DNA of 64,000 nt from an uncultured Nitrososphaeraceae archaeon (GTDB lineage Archaea; Thermoproteota; Nitrososphaeria; Nitrososphaerales; Nitrososphaeraceae). The position numbers and the translations under genes were made by a program. Where the stretch lies: the NCBI GenBank assembly GCA_963779615.1, contig CAVZZA010000004.1, positions 1 through 64,000 on the forward strand, given 5' to 3'. Each line of letters begins with the position of its first letter. Positions within the stretch are counted from its first letter, which is position 1. The notes beneath the pieces were generated by a model, which was not told where the DNA came from, did not search any database, and worked only from the letters and a program-made list of their open reading frames with translations. This document shows, piece after piece, positions 41,863 to 52,179 of this stretch.

Positions 41863-42954
41863 ATGTCTAAATTTATGAATGCAGCAATATTTTATGGGCC
41901 GAATAACATTCAAATTAAAGATATACACTTTAAAAAAAGAACCAGCGATGATTATCTTCTAAAAGTGTTGTCATGTTCTGTTTGCAGTTATGATGTAAGA
42001 ACGTTTAGAAATGGCCATTTTAAAGTTACACCCCCAATAATATTAGGCCATGAAATTTGTGCTGAAATAGTTGATGAGTACCAGGGAAAAAATGTAAGTA
42101 TTAGACCCAAAACCAGAGTATCCATATATCCCATTATACCTTGTTTTGAGTGTTGGTATTGCAATAATAAGAAATACAATATGTGCTTGAATCTGAAAGA
42201 AATAGGCTCTACTATCAATGGGGGTTTTGCAGAATATCTTTTAATTCCTAAACCGGTTTTTGAGATAGGGGGTATCGTGCCTGTATTGGATAATGTTACT
42301 AATGAAGAGGCTTCTTTAATCGAGCCTTTAGCCTGCTGTCTGAACAGCATCAATCAAATAAAAAACCTTGAATTTGACTCAGTAATAATTCTGGGGGATG
42401 GTCCAATTGGTCTAATGCAGTTAATGTTGATAAAGAGATTTTTTAAGGTAAATGTAACCTTAATTGGCAAAATACCACATAGAGTTGAATCAGCAAAAAA
42501 ATTGGGAGCGGATTTGGCAATAATTGTTGATGATGCTGACGGTTTCACTTTAGATGGCTATAAAAAAATAATAAGGAGCGTTAACAGTGAATTTTCACCA
42601 AATGTGATTTTTGTATCTAACAACAGTCCATTGTCTCTGAATTTAGCCGTAAATTTAGTCAACAAAAACGGGAAAATAGTCCTATTTTCCGGAATAAAAA
42701 ATAATGCTGGTGGAAATAACAACGCCATTAGCATAGATCCTAATTTTATCCATTATAATCAAGTATCTATTTTTGGTAGCTTTAGTTCCACACCTAATAA
42801 CATGATTGAAGCCATGAACCTTGTCAATTCAAAGGAGATAGATTTAAAGAGTTTGATAACCCAAACATTTCCCCTTGCTAGTGTAAAAGATGCCTTTCTC
42901 ACATCCGAGTCATACAAAGGGTTTAAATCAATAATCAATGAATTTGATTTATAA
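41863..42954 (+). CDS. zinc-dependent polyol/sugar dehydrogenase (MDR family)
   Basis: C..D, GHE, CFECWYC..C, EPLAC, GDGPIG. Confidence 0.92.
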   Translation: MSKFMNAAIFYGPNNIQIKDIHFKKRTSDDYLLKVLSCSVCSYDVRTFRNGHFKVTPPIILGHEICAEIVDEYQGKNVSIRPKTRVSIYPIIPCFECWYCNNKKYNMCLNLKEIGSTINGGFAEYLLIPKPVFEIGGIVPVLDNVTNEEASLIEPLACCLNSINQIKNLEFDSVIILGDGPIGLMQLMLIKRFFKVNVTLIGKIPHRVESAKKLGADLAIIVDDADGFTLDGYKKIIRSVNSEFSPNVIFVSNNSPLSLNLAVNLVNKNGKIVLFSGIKNNAGGNNNAISIDPNFIHYNQVSIFGSFSSTPNNMIEAMNLVNSKEIDLKSLITQTFPLASVKDAFLTSESYKGFKSIINEFDL

Positions 42955-43446
42955 TTTAGATCCTAAACTGCTAAAAATACAAAAAATATCACGCATGGCA
43001 TTTGTTTTATAGCTTACTAGCGGGATTCACAAATCAGTGTTTTTTCATGCCTGATACCAATTCTAAACCCTTGTTTTACTTTCTTAACCTGTTTCTGAGC
43101 TTATCGCCCATTGTCATGCTTTTTTAATTTCGCAAATGATGGCAATCTGTGTGCTGTTTTGTTTTTGTTGATGCCGTAGCTCATTTTTGGCCTGCTTTTT
43201 GTTGTTTCTTTATCGCAAATGTTATTGAATCTATTGCTGTTGGGCCATTGGGTGATTTGAAAACGATTGGTTATTTGGGAAACCTGTATATGAAAGCAAA
43301 AGCAAAAGCAAAAAAAAGGAACATGATTTTGGTGGGCTAACGGTCGTAAAAAATCTTGGTCTACTTACGCAATTCTGCTTATCCTAGAGATCCTTTAGAC
43401 TATTTTTAAAAATAAAGTTATATTCTCTACACAAAATAACAAGCAA

Positions 43447-43821
43447 GTGGAAAGAATCAAGAAGAAAAAAACCCCTCTTGGTATTATCATTATCACAGTG
43501 CTGACAGTTATCAGTGGATTAATCTTATTTGCAATGTCATTTGCTTCTTTAATTATATTAGCTCCCTTAGATCCATTACGGCTAATGGGTTCAATGTTCT
43601 TGCTCGTCCTTGGTACTGCATCAATTGTTGTCTCCTTTGGACTGTATAAGGGAAAGGGTTGGTCATGGACCTTGCTTTTAATATTGTCGGGATTTGGAGC
43701 AGCAGGTTACCTTCTTAATATAGTAAATGGACAGACTTTTTCAGTTGTGGGACTTGTTATTAATGCAATAATTATATATTATCTATACAAACCTCAAATA
43801 AGGAAGTTTTTCGGGAAATAG
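43447..43821 (+). CDS. small four-TM membrane protein
   Basis: PLGIIIITVL...GLYKGKGWSW...IIIYYLYKP..RKFF. Confidence 0.75.
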   Translation: MERIKKKKTPLGIIIITVLTVISGLILFAMSFASLIILAPLDPLRLMGSMFLLVLGTASIVVSFGLYKGKGWSWTLLLILSGFGAAGYLLNIVNGQTFSVVGLVINAIIIYYLYKPQIRKFFGK

Positions 43822-44440
43822 TATTCCATTGTGTCAAATGGTTTTAATAAAGTTATTTTAAGGCAATTTTGTTGATGCTCAATGCTTCGCCTAATCAGCA
43901 TAAGGATAACTCTGTGATTTCAACCACTATTGAGGGCCTAATGATGATATGCCTGTTGTACTGCTATACTGCATAAAAATAACCTTTTTTACCAAACTGG
44001 ACTAGATAAACCAACCTTGCTCTATTTAATAGATCTCTTAACTTTGCCAACATAAAATCTATAGAATCTGGTGAATGCAAACAATCCCATGGAGTTTGAC
44101 CTATAAAAAACCAAAATTGTGATCCACTGAGGCAAACAGCCGATTAACCAATCCCATAAATGGGAAGTTGTCTGCTTGTTCAGAATTGGTAAAGGAAATG
44201 GTGATAACCAGTGTTTTTTTTATCGTCCTTGAGCATTATGATGAGGCCGACAGTGTTTGCCATAACAAATCAGACAGGATAAACCAAAGGCACTGTGCTA
44301 TTTAACACAGCAATGTTGGTTGGCTTGCGTGAAAGCCGAGCGTATTATCACAGAACTGTTGGCAGGCAGACGAGTCAGCGAAATTAGTATTAACCACTTA
44401 AAAAATATAATCTTAAATAATCATTGGAATAAAGCCTTGT

Positions 44441-45199
44441 ATGGAACAGAATAAAAAAGCATTATGTTCTTTTTCTTTTGCCTTGTTTTTATTTGCAATT
44501 TTTGTTGTTTCTGTACAACCTGTTCAAGGCCAGAACATCATGCTTCCGGACGAAAAGCCTTCTTTATCTGTTGTAGGGGAAGCTGAAAAGGAAATCCCTG
44601 CAGACGAGGCAAAAATATCAATTGCAATTGAAAATGCCGCTAGTGATGCAAATACCGCGCGCAAAACTAATGCAGAAAAAATGGATAAAATAATTTCGGG
44701 CTTAAAGACAAGTGGGCTTACAAACGAAAACATGTCAACCACAAACTTTGAAATAAAGCCAAACTATGATATTGCAAACGATAACTACAACAAAATTATC
44801 TCCTATACAGCGACAAACAAAATGCTGTTAACAACTTCTGCCCATGCAAACATTTCCTTTTATGTAGACCTTGCAGTAAAAAATGGAGCTAACCGTGTAG
44901 AGCAAATCGAATTCACATCGTCTAAAAAAGTTTTAAATGAAAATATTAATGAATTGTTAAAAGAAGCATTCATCAACGGAAAGCAGAAAGCAGAAGCATT
45001 GTCGACCACGGCTGGATTTATAGTAAATGGAGTCAAAAGGATTGAAATTGCCCCGGATAACGGGCTTGTACCTCCAACATTCAAAATTGAACAAAATAGT
45101 TTAGATGCGCAAAAACCTTCAACTCCGATAATACCCCAAAATAACAAAATGACCATCACTTTACCCATAACATTCTTTATTGAAAACCAGGTTAGTTGA
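44441..45199 (+). CDS. SIMPL (DUF541) domain secreted protein
   Basis: Signal peptide; SVVGEAE..PADEA.I, N.E.M..II..L, GANRV, A..KAE.L. Confidence 0.88.
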   Translation: MEQNKKALCSFSFALFLFAIFVVSVQPVQGQNIMLPDEKPSLSVVGEAEKEIPADEAKISIAIENAASDANTARKTNAEKMDKIISGLKTSGLTNENMSTTNFEIKPNYDIANDNYNKIISYTATNKMLLTTSAHANISFYVDLAVKNGANRVEQIEFTSSKKVLNENINELLKEAFINGKQKAEALSTTAGFIVNGVKRIEIAPDNGLVPPTFKIEQNSLDAQKPSTPIIPQNNKMTITLPITFFIENQVS

Positions 45200-45454
45200 C
45201 ATGTGTTGGATTGACGCAAGGAAAAATACCAAAATTAAACCAGTTTTATAAGAAAGCAATCCTAGGATGCTAACAAAGACTTTAATTATGCACATACGGA
45301 AAAAGATTAAACCCGCAATCAGGCAGGGAAGAATTCTACAATCGTTTCACCTATATCTGTACAAATCGTTTTGGGCGGGAAGCACAAACAGGTGAACCTA
45401 ATTGTTGTGTCTATGAAACAGATACTTAATAAAATAACGATTAATCATGGGCAT

Positions 45455-46864
45455 TTATTTTTCAGCTACCTTTTCTATTATTTCAATAAAGCATTTTGTA
45501 GCTTTGTTTAATAAATCTATATTTGCAAATTCGTTAGGCGAATGTATCTTATTGGGTAAAACTGTACTTCCTATGCAGATCGAATCTACAGATAGGAGCT
45601 TCTTAAAGCTGTACATTGGACCCGTTCCAGGGGATGAAATATTTAAAACTACATCACTGTAAATTTTCTTTGCTGCCTCTATGACTAAATCAACATATTC
45701 GCTATCAAGTGCGGTTCTACATGCAGGCTCGCCACTTAAATATGATATTTGCAGTTCATCTTCAGAATAACCCTTTGCCCTGAGATGCGATACCAATTTT
45801 TTGAATTGAGTTTTTGGGTTCATATACGAGACCAACCTAAAATCTATCTTTGCGGATGCGTTTGAAGGAATGATTGTCTTTATGCCACTGTTTATGTATC
45901 CGGAGTATAGGCCTGATATATTACAGGTGGGATCCAGTGCCAGGGACTTTTTTATCGCAAAACCTGAAGCCTCATTGACAAATTTACTCACTCCGTATTC
46001 TTTTTTGAATTCCTCTTCATCAAAGAATTCCTTTGTTAATTGATAGAGTTCTTTGTCTGATAATTGTTTAATTTCGTCATACCATCCGTCAATCAGAATT
46101 TTGCCATGTTCATCATATATTGATGATAGTGCATGAATCAGCTTCCAAGCAGGGTTTTCGATGACCACGGCAAGGCTAGAATGCACATCCCTAGAGGGTC
46201 CTTTGACCTTTAATTCAACATTCAGGATACCTTTTTGACCAAGGGATATAATGGACCTTCCTTTATTGTCAATATATCCACTTTCCCAGATTATCAAATC
46301 ACATTTAAATCTGTCACCATATTTTAACAAATATTTGTTTAGATTGGGACTACCAATTTCTTCCTCACCCTCTATTAAAAATTTGACGTTGCAGGGAACG
46401 TCCCCAGTTTGCTTTAGAATGAATTCTACAGCTTTTAGCCTTGTTATTAATTCACCTTTATCGTCAGACGATCCTCTGCCATAAATCATATTGCCATCAA
46501 TTTTGCCACTAAATGGATTCTCGCTCCATTTTTCAACTGGATCAATAGGTTGGACATCATAGTGGTTGTAGAATAGAATTGTTTTGCCATAGGGATTCGA
46601 TTTTGACTTTACCTCTCCAAAAACCAGTGGGGGGATGTTTAAAACGCCCTCAGTGTTATTGCCATAATCAAACTGATCCAAATACAATCTTTCTGTATCG
46701 ATTCCTGCCTTGTTCATCATGTTTGATAAAAGCTCTGCACATTCTTCTAGCCCATAGTTTATTGCAGAAATGCTGGCTTGTCTGATTAGATCCTGCAGAT
46801 CTGAAATGAGGTCACCCATATTTTCGTCAACTAAAGACGGGGAGACCAGAACTTTTTCAGCCAT
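45455..46864 (-). CDS. M20 metallopeptidase (dipeptidase-like)
   Basis: YNHYDVQP, GRGSSDDKG, EGEEEIGS, HSPNE. Confidence 0.93.
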   Translation of the reverse strand: MAEKVLVSPSLVDENMGDLISDLQDLIRQASISAINYGLEECAELLSNMMNKAGIDTERLYLDQFDYGNNTEGVLNIPPLVFGEVKSKSNPYGKTILFYNHYDVQPIDPVEKWSENPFSGKIDGNMIYGRGSSDDKGELITRLKAVEFILKQTGDVPCNVKFLIEGEEEIGSPNLNKYLLKYGDRFKCDLIIWESGYIDNKGRSIISLGQKGILNVELKVKGPSRDVHSSLAVVIENPAWKLIHALSSIYDEHGKILIDGWYDEIKQLSDKELYQLTKEFFDEEEFKKEYGVSKFVNEASGFAIKKSLALDPTCNISGLYSGYINSGIKTIIPSNASAKIDFRLVSYMNPKTQFKKLVSHLRAKGYSEDELQISYLSGEPACRTALDSEYVDLVIEAAKKIYSDVVLNISSPGTGPMYSFKKLLSVDSICIGSTVLPNKIHSPNEFANIDLLNKATKCFIEIIEKVAEK

Positions 46865-47041
46865 AATTTTCCATTGCCCCTGAATTCTTATCCAACATAA
46901 AAAAATTTAATCCCACATTTAATACTATACTACTGTTTTCTCTCAACTTATCTATTAAGATTTTTTTAAAAAAGTCACATATTTTTCTTTAGTAAACAAA
47001 TAAGGTAAAAATCATTTGTAATATACAAAGTGCAAATTCTA

Positions 47042-48286
47042 CTATAATAATGGGGAATTGTCCTTTGTTTTGTTCCAAACGTGTTGAATAATCTCTGAAA
47101 CAGTTTGGTTGACGTTGCCGTTGTATTTTGATTCCCATAATCTAGAAACATATAACCCAGGTGATGTTTTGTTATTCAACCTTGATTCCAAGATACCTAT
47201 AAACTCAGATCCAAGTCCTAGATCATATAACCCCTTTTTTGCAACATGTAATTGAGATCTGATTGTTTCTGAGATATCGAAATGTGTTTTTGCATTGTAT
47301 CCTGAATGAATTACGGCCATCCGCTCTTCGCGAATGGACGAAAGTGGTCTTAACGCCTTGCCTTCAAGGATTGATCTGTAAAGAAATCCAATAAAGAATT
47401 CTATCATTGCCACCATTTCCTTGGGTGTTGGCTGAACAGCCATTATTCTTGTTTCAACTCTGTAAAATTCAGAATTTAGTCTGATTCTCAGATCGTCATG
47501 TCTGTCTTTTTCCAACTGCAAGTAGTCATTTGATGTTGTTCCTGATCTTGACATAATGTAATCAATATAGTCTTCTAATTTGTCTAAATAACGTGGTATT
47601 GCGGGAAACCCCGAATTTTGTTGTTCAGAATGGTCATATAAATAAATCCTTGGTGCATATAATGAATATAGCTTTCCTGCAAATAATCTGCTGTTGGAGC
47701 CCAATAGAAGGGCTGAAGGAATTAAATTGAGCAAATAATTAAACATATTTGAAGTATAGACCGGGTTTTTTCCTTGAAGGTGCAGATGAAATCCCTGTAT
47801 GGCTGTTGCTATGTCACGGGCTTTGAAGACTTGCCCTTCAAGCTCTATGTCTGGTGTTTTGATTTGCGAATTATAGAGATTTTGATAACGCTCCTTTCTT
47901 GTGACAAATTTTCTTTTGAATATCTCTGGTGATGGGTTGCCCCCTAAAAAAACAGGGATAACATGCCTATTTTTGTAAACCTTGTTTATGGATGAGGAGA
48001 GAAAATCTAAAAATTCTTCAAAGAATGAATTTATAGTTGAAAGATTGTGCATCGATATAGGGTCTGTTATTACTTCAAACTGACATTTCCCATATTCTGA
48101 ATCAACCTTATATTTAGAACATAACTCTTTGATTAAAGGATGAGCATTTACAGGCAAAGCTTTATCGTCTAATAAACAGGCTTCAACCTCCACCCCTACC
48201 CTATAAACTTCATCAATTCGATGATGATCATCCTGAACTCTTTTTTTTAGTCCAATCGATTGGCTAGTTAGCATGTTATCCATCAT
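47042..48286 (-). CDS. glutamate--cysteine ligase family 2 (GCS2)-like carboxylate-amine ligase
   Basis: VGVEVE.CL.D, SEYGKCQFEV.T.P, GFHLHLQ, NS..FAG, R.ETRIM. Confidence 0.8.
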   Translation of the reverse strand: MMDNMLTSQSIGLKKRVQDDHHRIDEVYRVGVEVEACLLDDKALPVNAHPLIKELCSKYKVDSEYGKCQFEVITDPISMHNLSTINSFFEEFLDFLSSSINKVYKNRHVIPVFLGGNPSPEIFKRKFVTRKERYQNLYNSQIKTPDIELEGQVFKARDIATAIQGFHLHLQGKNPVYTSNMFNYLLNLIPSALLLGSNSRLFAGKLYSLYAPRIYLYDHSEQQNSGFPAIPRYLDKLEDYIDYIMSRSGTTSNDYLQLEKDRHDDLRIRLNSEFYRVETRIMAVQPTPKEMVAMIEFFIGFLYRSILEGKALRPLSSIREERMAVIHSGYNAKTHFDISETIRSQLHVAKKGLYDLGLGSEFIGILESRLNNKTSPGLYVSRLWESKYNGNVNQTVSEIIQHVWNKTKDNSPLL

Positions 48287-48449
48287 CGATAATTCCTACA
48301 GTAGATTCATACTATAAATTTGTTTATAAAGATATATTTATCAAAAAACCTGCTAAGATGTTTAGTTAAAACAATCTGAAGATATCTTCTATATAGTTCT
48401 ATATGCTATAACATACCTTTCAATAATAACATTGATTGTCATCGGGCAG

Positions 48450-48947
48450 TCAATAATCATCGTTTATAAACAGCCTTTTTGTTTTCCTGTAGTCTATTGT
48501 TACCTGTTTATGGCATCTATAACATAATGTTCTCAGGTTGTCTTTATTGTGGAAAAACTCAATTATTGTTTTTATCTTATTTTCAAGTGTGTCAAAGCGA
48601 TAACCAAAGTTGTAATAGTTTGACTTGGGGATTAGGTGATCACACTCCAGCCAGTTTTGTATCTTCTTATTGTAACGTTTTCTTTTATGTAATCTTATCC
48701 CACAAATTTGGCAGGTGTAATTATCTCGCTTTAATACGCTGTTTCTAATCCTGCTCCAATAAAAATTTGAATTATACCATTTGGAAAATTCTTTACTGCA
48801 TTTTTTTGAACAGTATTTCCTGAAAGGTTTAGTTACTTTTAAATTACAATTATTGTTCCTACAAATAGATTCTTTTTTCTCATTGTATTTATCAAATTCA
48901 CTTATATACACTATAAACTTTTCAGTCTTGTCTTTTGGAGTAGTCAT
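48450..48947 (-). CDS. HNH endonuclease with N-terminal zinc-binding motif
   Basis: YCSKKC; RNSVLKRDNYTCQICG; ECDHLIP; NLRTLCYRCHK. Confidence 0.9.
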   Translation of the reverse strand: MTTPKDKTEKFIVYISEFDKYNEKKESICRNNNCNLKVTKPFRKYCSKKCSKEFSKWYNSNFYWSRIRNSVLKRDNYTCQICGIRLHKRKRYNKKIQNWLECDHLIPKSNYYNFGYRFDTLENKIKTIIEFFHNKDNLRTLCYRCHKQVTIDYRKTKRLFINDDY

Positions 48948-49174
48948 AACCTATCCAAAATATTCAAAAACAACTAAATAAAAAATTATTTTTTTGCCTC
49001 AACCCTGTGTATCATCTTGACGAATCCTCACTATAAAAACTTAATTACTTGTGTGCCTACTATGCAAACCCAAACGGTAATTAAGGAGTCACCCATTTTC
49101 CTGATGATTAAGCGAAGTCATTTTTTATCAAAATAGTTTGGGATAATTTAGTTTATGTCAAGCGGTTCCATTGG

Positions 49175-49261
49175 AAAATCGAATAACTCGGGAACTTGAT
49201 AGGTTTGCTGTTTTTCAATTTAAATAATTGAATTCTTTGCTTGGCATATTTTAAGTGTTTA
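49175..49261 (-). repeat. left arm of a perfect 87-bp inverted repeat (copy of the ctaA promoter and first codons)
   Basis: Reverse complement is identical to 49649-49735. Confidence 0.95.
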
Positions 49262-49648
49262 CTATTCATGCTCTGCCGAAAGAAATAAGGTTATTTTTTT
49301 AATAGTATTTGTTGTGTATGATCTTTTCATTAAAAACCGCTGAAATTCTTTGGTCATAAATGCTTAAGGTGTTTACACTATGTTGTATAGGCTATGCTGC
49401 TGCTTTTCAGTTACTGATTGTTAATGTTGGTAGAAGGTGCATCCTATTCGTTGCTATACTATTAATTCCATTAAGGTCCAAAAAAGGGGTTTAGGTGTTT
49501 TGTTTCTGTATGCTTTATTGTCCCTGTATTTAGTAAATGTAAAAACTAGGAGCCTTTGTGGTCATGACACAAATTGCTATTTCCCATGCTAGTTTACATT
49601 GATGTTAATTATCTACTTGGACTTTAAGGATCATAAGCAGCAAAATAA

Positions 49649-49735
49649 TAAACACTTAAAATATGCCAAGCAAAGAATTCAATTATTTAAATTGAAAAAC
49701 AGCAAACCTATCAAGTTCCCGAGTTATTCGATTTT
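49649..49735 (+). repeat. right arm of the 87-bp inverted repeat
   Basis: TAAACACTTAAAATATGCC...GAGTTATTCGATTTT, identical to the reverse complement of 49175-49261. Confidence 0.95.
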
Positions 49736-50165
49736 TGTCGTGTTATTTATTCTGTTAGGGTTAATTTTTTCGGTGATGTTGATAGGGGTTTTTATCACAT
49801 CTAGCCATCAGGGATTATCCTGTTTAACATGGCCTTTGTGTCCAAACGGGTTTGACTTTCCACCACCAAAGTATTTTTATGAGCATCTCCATAGATCCTT
49901 GATTTTAGTATTAGCCATAATCCTGTTTTCTTTCACCTTTTTTTCTCTAAAGAAAATCCGGAACAAAAAATTTCTAGCTAAACTAGCAATAGCATCAATA
50001 ATCTTAACTACCCAAATCGCACTGGGATGGCTTGTAATAAATTCAAAGTTACATCCCATTGTTGTCGCAACTCATCTCTCTACCGCCGTGGCATTATTTG
50101 GGATTGTTCTTATTGCCTTACTATCTGTGTATAACGAACTAAGGGGTGAAAAGGTAAAAATTTAA
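49692..50165 (+). CDS. ctaA: short-type heme A synthase (COX15/CtaA family)
   Basis: GLSCLTWPLC, EHLHR, Q..LG, THL; 4 TM; TTG start inferred. Confidence 0.85.
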   Translation: MKNSKPIKFPSYSIFVVLFILLGLIFSVMLIGVFITSSHQGLSCLTWPLCPNGFDFPPPKYFYEHLHRSLILVLAIILFSFTFFSLKKIRNKKFLAKLAIASIILTTQIALGWLVINSKLHPIVVATHLSTAVALFGIVLIALLSVYNELRGEKVKI

Positions 50166-50167
50166 AA

Positions 50168-51214
50168 TCAAATCTTTGTTAGTTTGAACATATTCGACAT
50201 GTTAATTTCCATGCCATATCTGTTTTCTTGCCTTTTCATATGGATATAGATTTTTAATAGATCTACAAAGTTTTTGAATATGCTAAAATTATTGGATATT
50301 TTCATCTTTATAAAATTGTACACAATTGTGTAAATTTTGAATTTTTTTAGGACTTCGTTGTAATACTCGGGTAAATTGTCCATATTTTTGACAAAAATAT
50401 CCGCACAAATTGTGGATGGTATTATACCCTCTCCCAGGAGAGGATAAACCGTTCCAATGGATTCACCAACACCAACAGTCTTTTTTCCGTCAGTAAATGG
50501 TATGCACTTTGAGGGGGGAGTTATTCTAACGGGTCTTCCCACCTTTTTAATTACATTACACTTGTATCTTTTTAAAAATGACTCAAGAAACTCATTTGTG
50601 TGTTTTCGCCTAAAATCCCCTGAACCGATATGGGCATAACCGTTACCTAGGGGGAAATACCAAAAATAACCAGATAGTGAGGGAAATGCTTTAAGATAAA
50701 AATCATCAAAAGGAACGCTATCGTCATATTTTACTTTATATTGTATGCATGGAATCCATAATTCATCCTTTAGTTTTGGTAGGTAATGTCTATGGAACCC
50801 AGTAGAATCAATAATCAAATCAAAATCATTTTCTAGGATGTTTTTTTCCGGAACCTTGTTAAATACAACATCAGTCCCTTTAATCATATCTTGAATAAGC
50901 CTCAATTTATCATAACTTACCATACCTTTTAAATTAATCTGAATGTTGCTATCGCTATCAATACCCTTTCCAATATCAACAGTCATTTTTTTCCCATCAT
51001 GTAAAACGTAATTTTCAAAATTAAGGCCACACCTGTTTGCATAATCTTTCATTTTATTGTCAACTGTTGCCCAGGCGCATACCGCATCATGGTTTTTTTC
51101 TTCCATACGCTCAAATCCCATTACATGAACATCATGAAGATTACTGAGCTGATTCATCAAGTATGCTCCTGCTACGCCTATTCCTACAACGGCAATCTTC
51201 ATAATTATAATCAT
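50168..51214 (-). CDS. FAD-dependent oxidoreductase, geranylgeranyl-reductase-like
   Basis: KIAVVGIGVAG, GYFWYFP, VGESIGTVYPLLGEGI. Confidence 0.85.
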   Translation of the reverse strand: MIIIMKIAVVGIGVAGAYLMNQLSNLHDVHVMGFERMEEKNHDAVCAWATVDNKMKDYANRCGLNFENYVLHDGKKMTVDIGKGIDSDSNIQINLKGMVSYDKLRLIQDMIKGTDVVFNKVPEKNILENDFDLIIDSTGFHRHYLPKLKDELWIPCIQYKVKYDDSVPFDDFYLKAFPSLSGYFWYFPLGNGYAHIGSGDFRRKHTNEFLESFLKRYKCNVIKKVGRPVRITPPSKCIPFTDGKKTVGVGESIGTVYPLLGEGIIPSTICADIFVKNMDNLPEYYNEVLKKFKIYTIVYNFIKMKISNNFSIFKNFVDLLKIYIHMKRQENRYGMEINMSNMFKLTKI

Positions 51215-51254
51215 CTACAACAGTAGGACAAATAAATGATTTCATTGATAATTT

Positions 51255-51922
51255 GCACTGTTAACTTAGGATATTATTTCTTTGTTGTGATGATCAATGA
51301 ACAGATCAAACCTTTTCTTTATGTGCTTTAATTTACACCCGAGTTTCTTACACGAAAAGTAATCGTCAAAACTTTCGTTTCTCTCCTTCACATACTGCAT
51401 CGCCTTTCAAAGAGGATTTTTTCGTATGGGGGATGAATGTGATGCTCCAATTTCAGGAATTTACAGGCTTGCGGATACCAACTACCACCATCTGTTGAAA
51501 AAGGTTTATGGCCATGTTTTTCCACGAAATTCGAACTGGACCGCTCTGCAGCAATCATATTCCGTTCCTTTGATATACTTGTTGCAATCATCTCTTTATC
51601 TTTGGCTCGACAGCAATCCGCAACCAGATGTACTCAGAGCCAGCCCCGATGGCAGTTTCATAAATTATATATTCTGAAATGTTCTTTTTCTTCCTTGACG
51701 CTGTCTTTGGCCTGCATTTTTGTATACATTTCCAGACGGAAGCAATGGCTTATGCTCACCATATGCAAAAAAGACTATGCTTTTGCAGTGTTTCTAGATG
51801 ATAAGCCTAAAAGTACAAGTATAAACCATAACCAATAAACTGTGATGGTGTTCTTTTTTTGGAGTTCAGAAAGGGAATAGGGCATCTTCGAGCCATGGGT
51901 TTTTCCTTGAGTTAACAGGGCC
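51255..51922 (-). mobile_element. decayed IS6-family element with interrupted DDE transposase
   Basis: Transposase fragments RTPS..YGLYLYF.GLSSR, IAVEPK, SKERNM, STDGG.WYPQAC.FLKLEHH, ESFDDYF; imperfect IRs GCACTGTTAACTTAGG / CTTGAGTTAACAGGGCC; ATAATTT duplicated on both flanks. Confidence 0.88.
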
Positions 51923-51969
51923 CATAATTTAAGAATATGCATATAAACGTACTCGGATTTAGTGTGTAA

Positions 51970-52179
51970 ATGAAGAGAAAGAAAAACAGTAAAGTTCCTG
52001 GTCCTATACGAATAGGCATTGCCCTTCTTATTTTCGGTGCGATAGTTGTGGGTCTTGGTACTGTTTTAAATAAAGATGCCTTGTCCTTATATGGGTTTAT
52101 AGTTGTTGTGTGTGGTTTTTTTCTATATTTCGCATCTTCAATATACCTAAAAAAACAAGAAAAAAGCAAAATCAAGTAA
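51970..52179 (+). CDS. small two-TM membrane protein
   Basis: 69 aa with basic ends and two hydrophobic helices. Confidence 0.65.
   Translation: MKRKKNSKVPGPIRIGIALLIFGAIVVGLGTVLNKDALSLYGFIVVVCGFFLYFASSIYLKKQEKSKIK

Noticed and set aside
43290-43320. Short AAAGCA tandem repeat
   Set aside because: Only three units in A-rich intergenic DNA; no evidence of function
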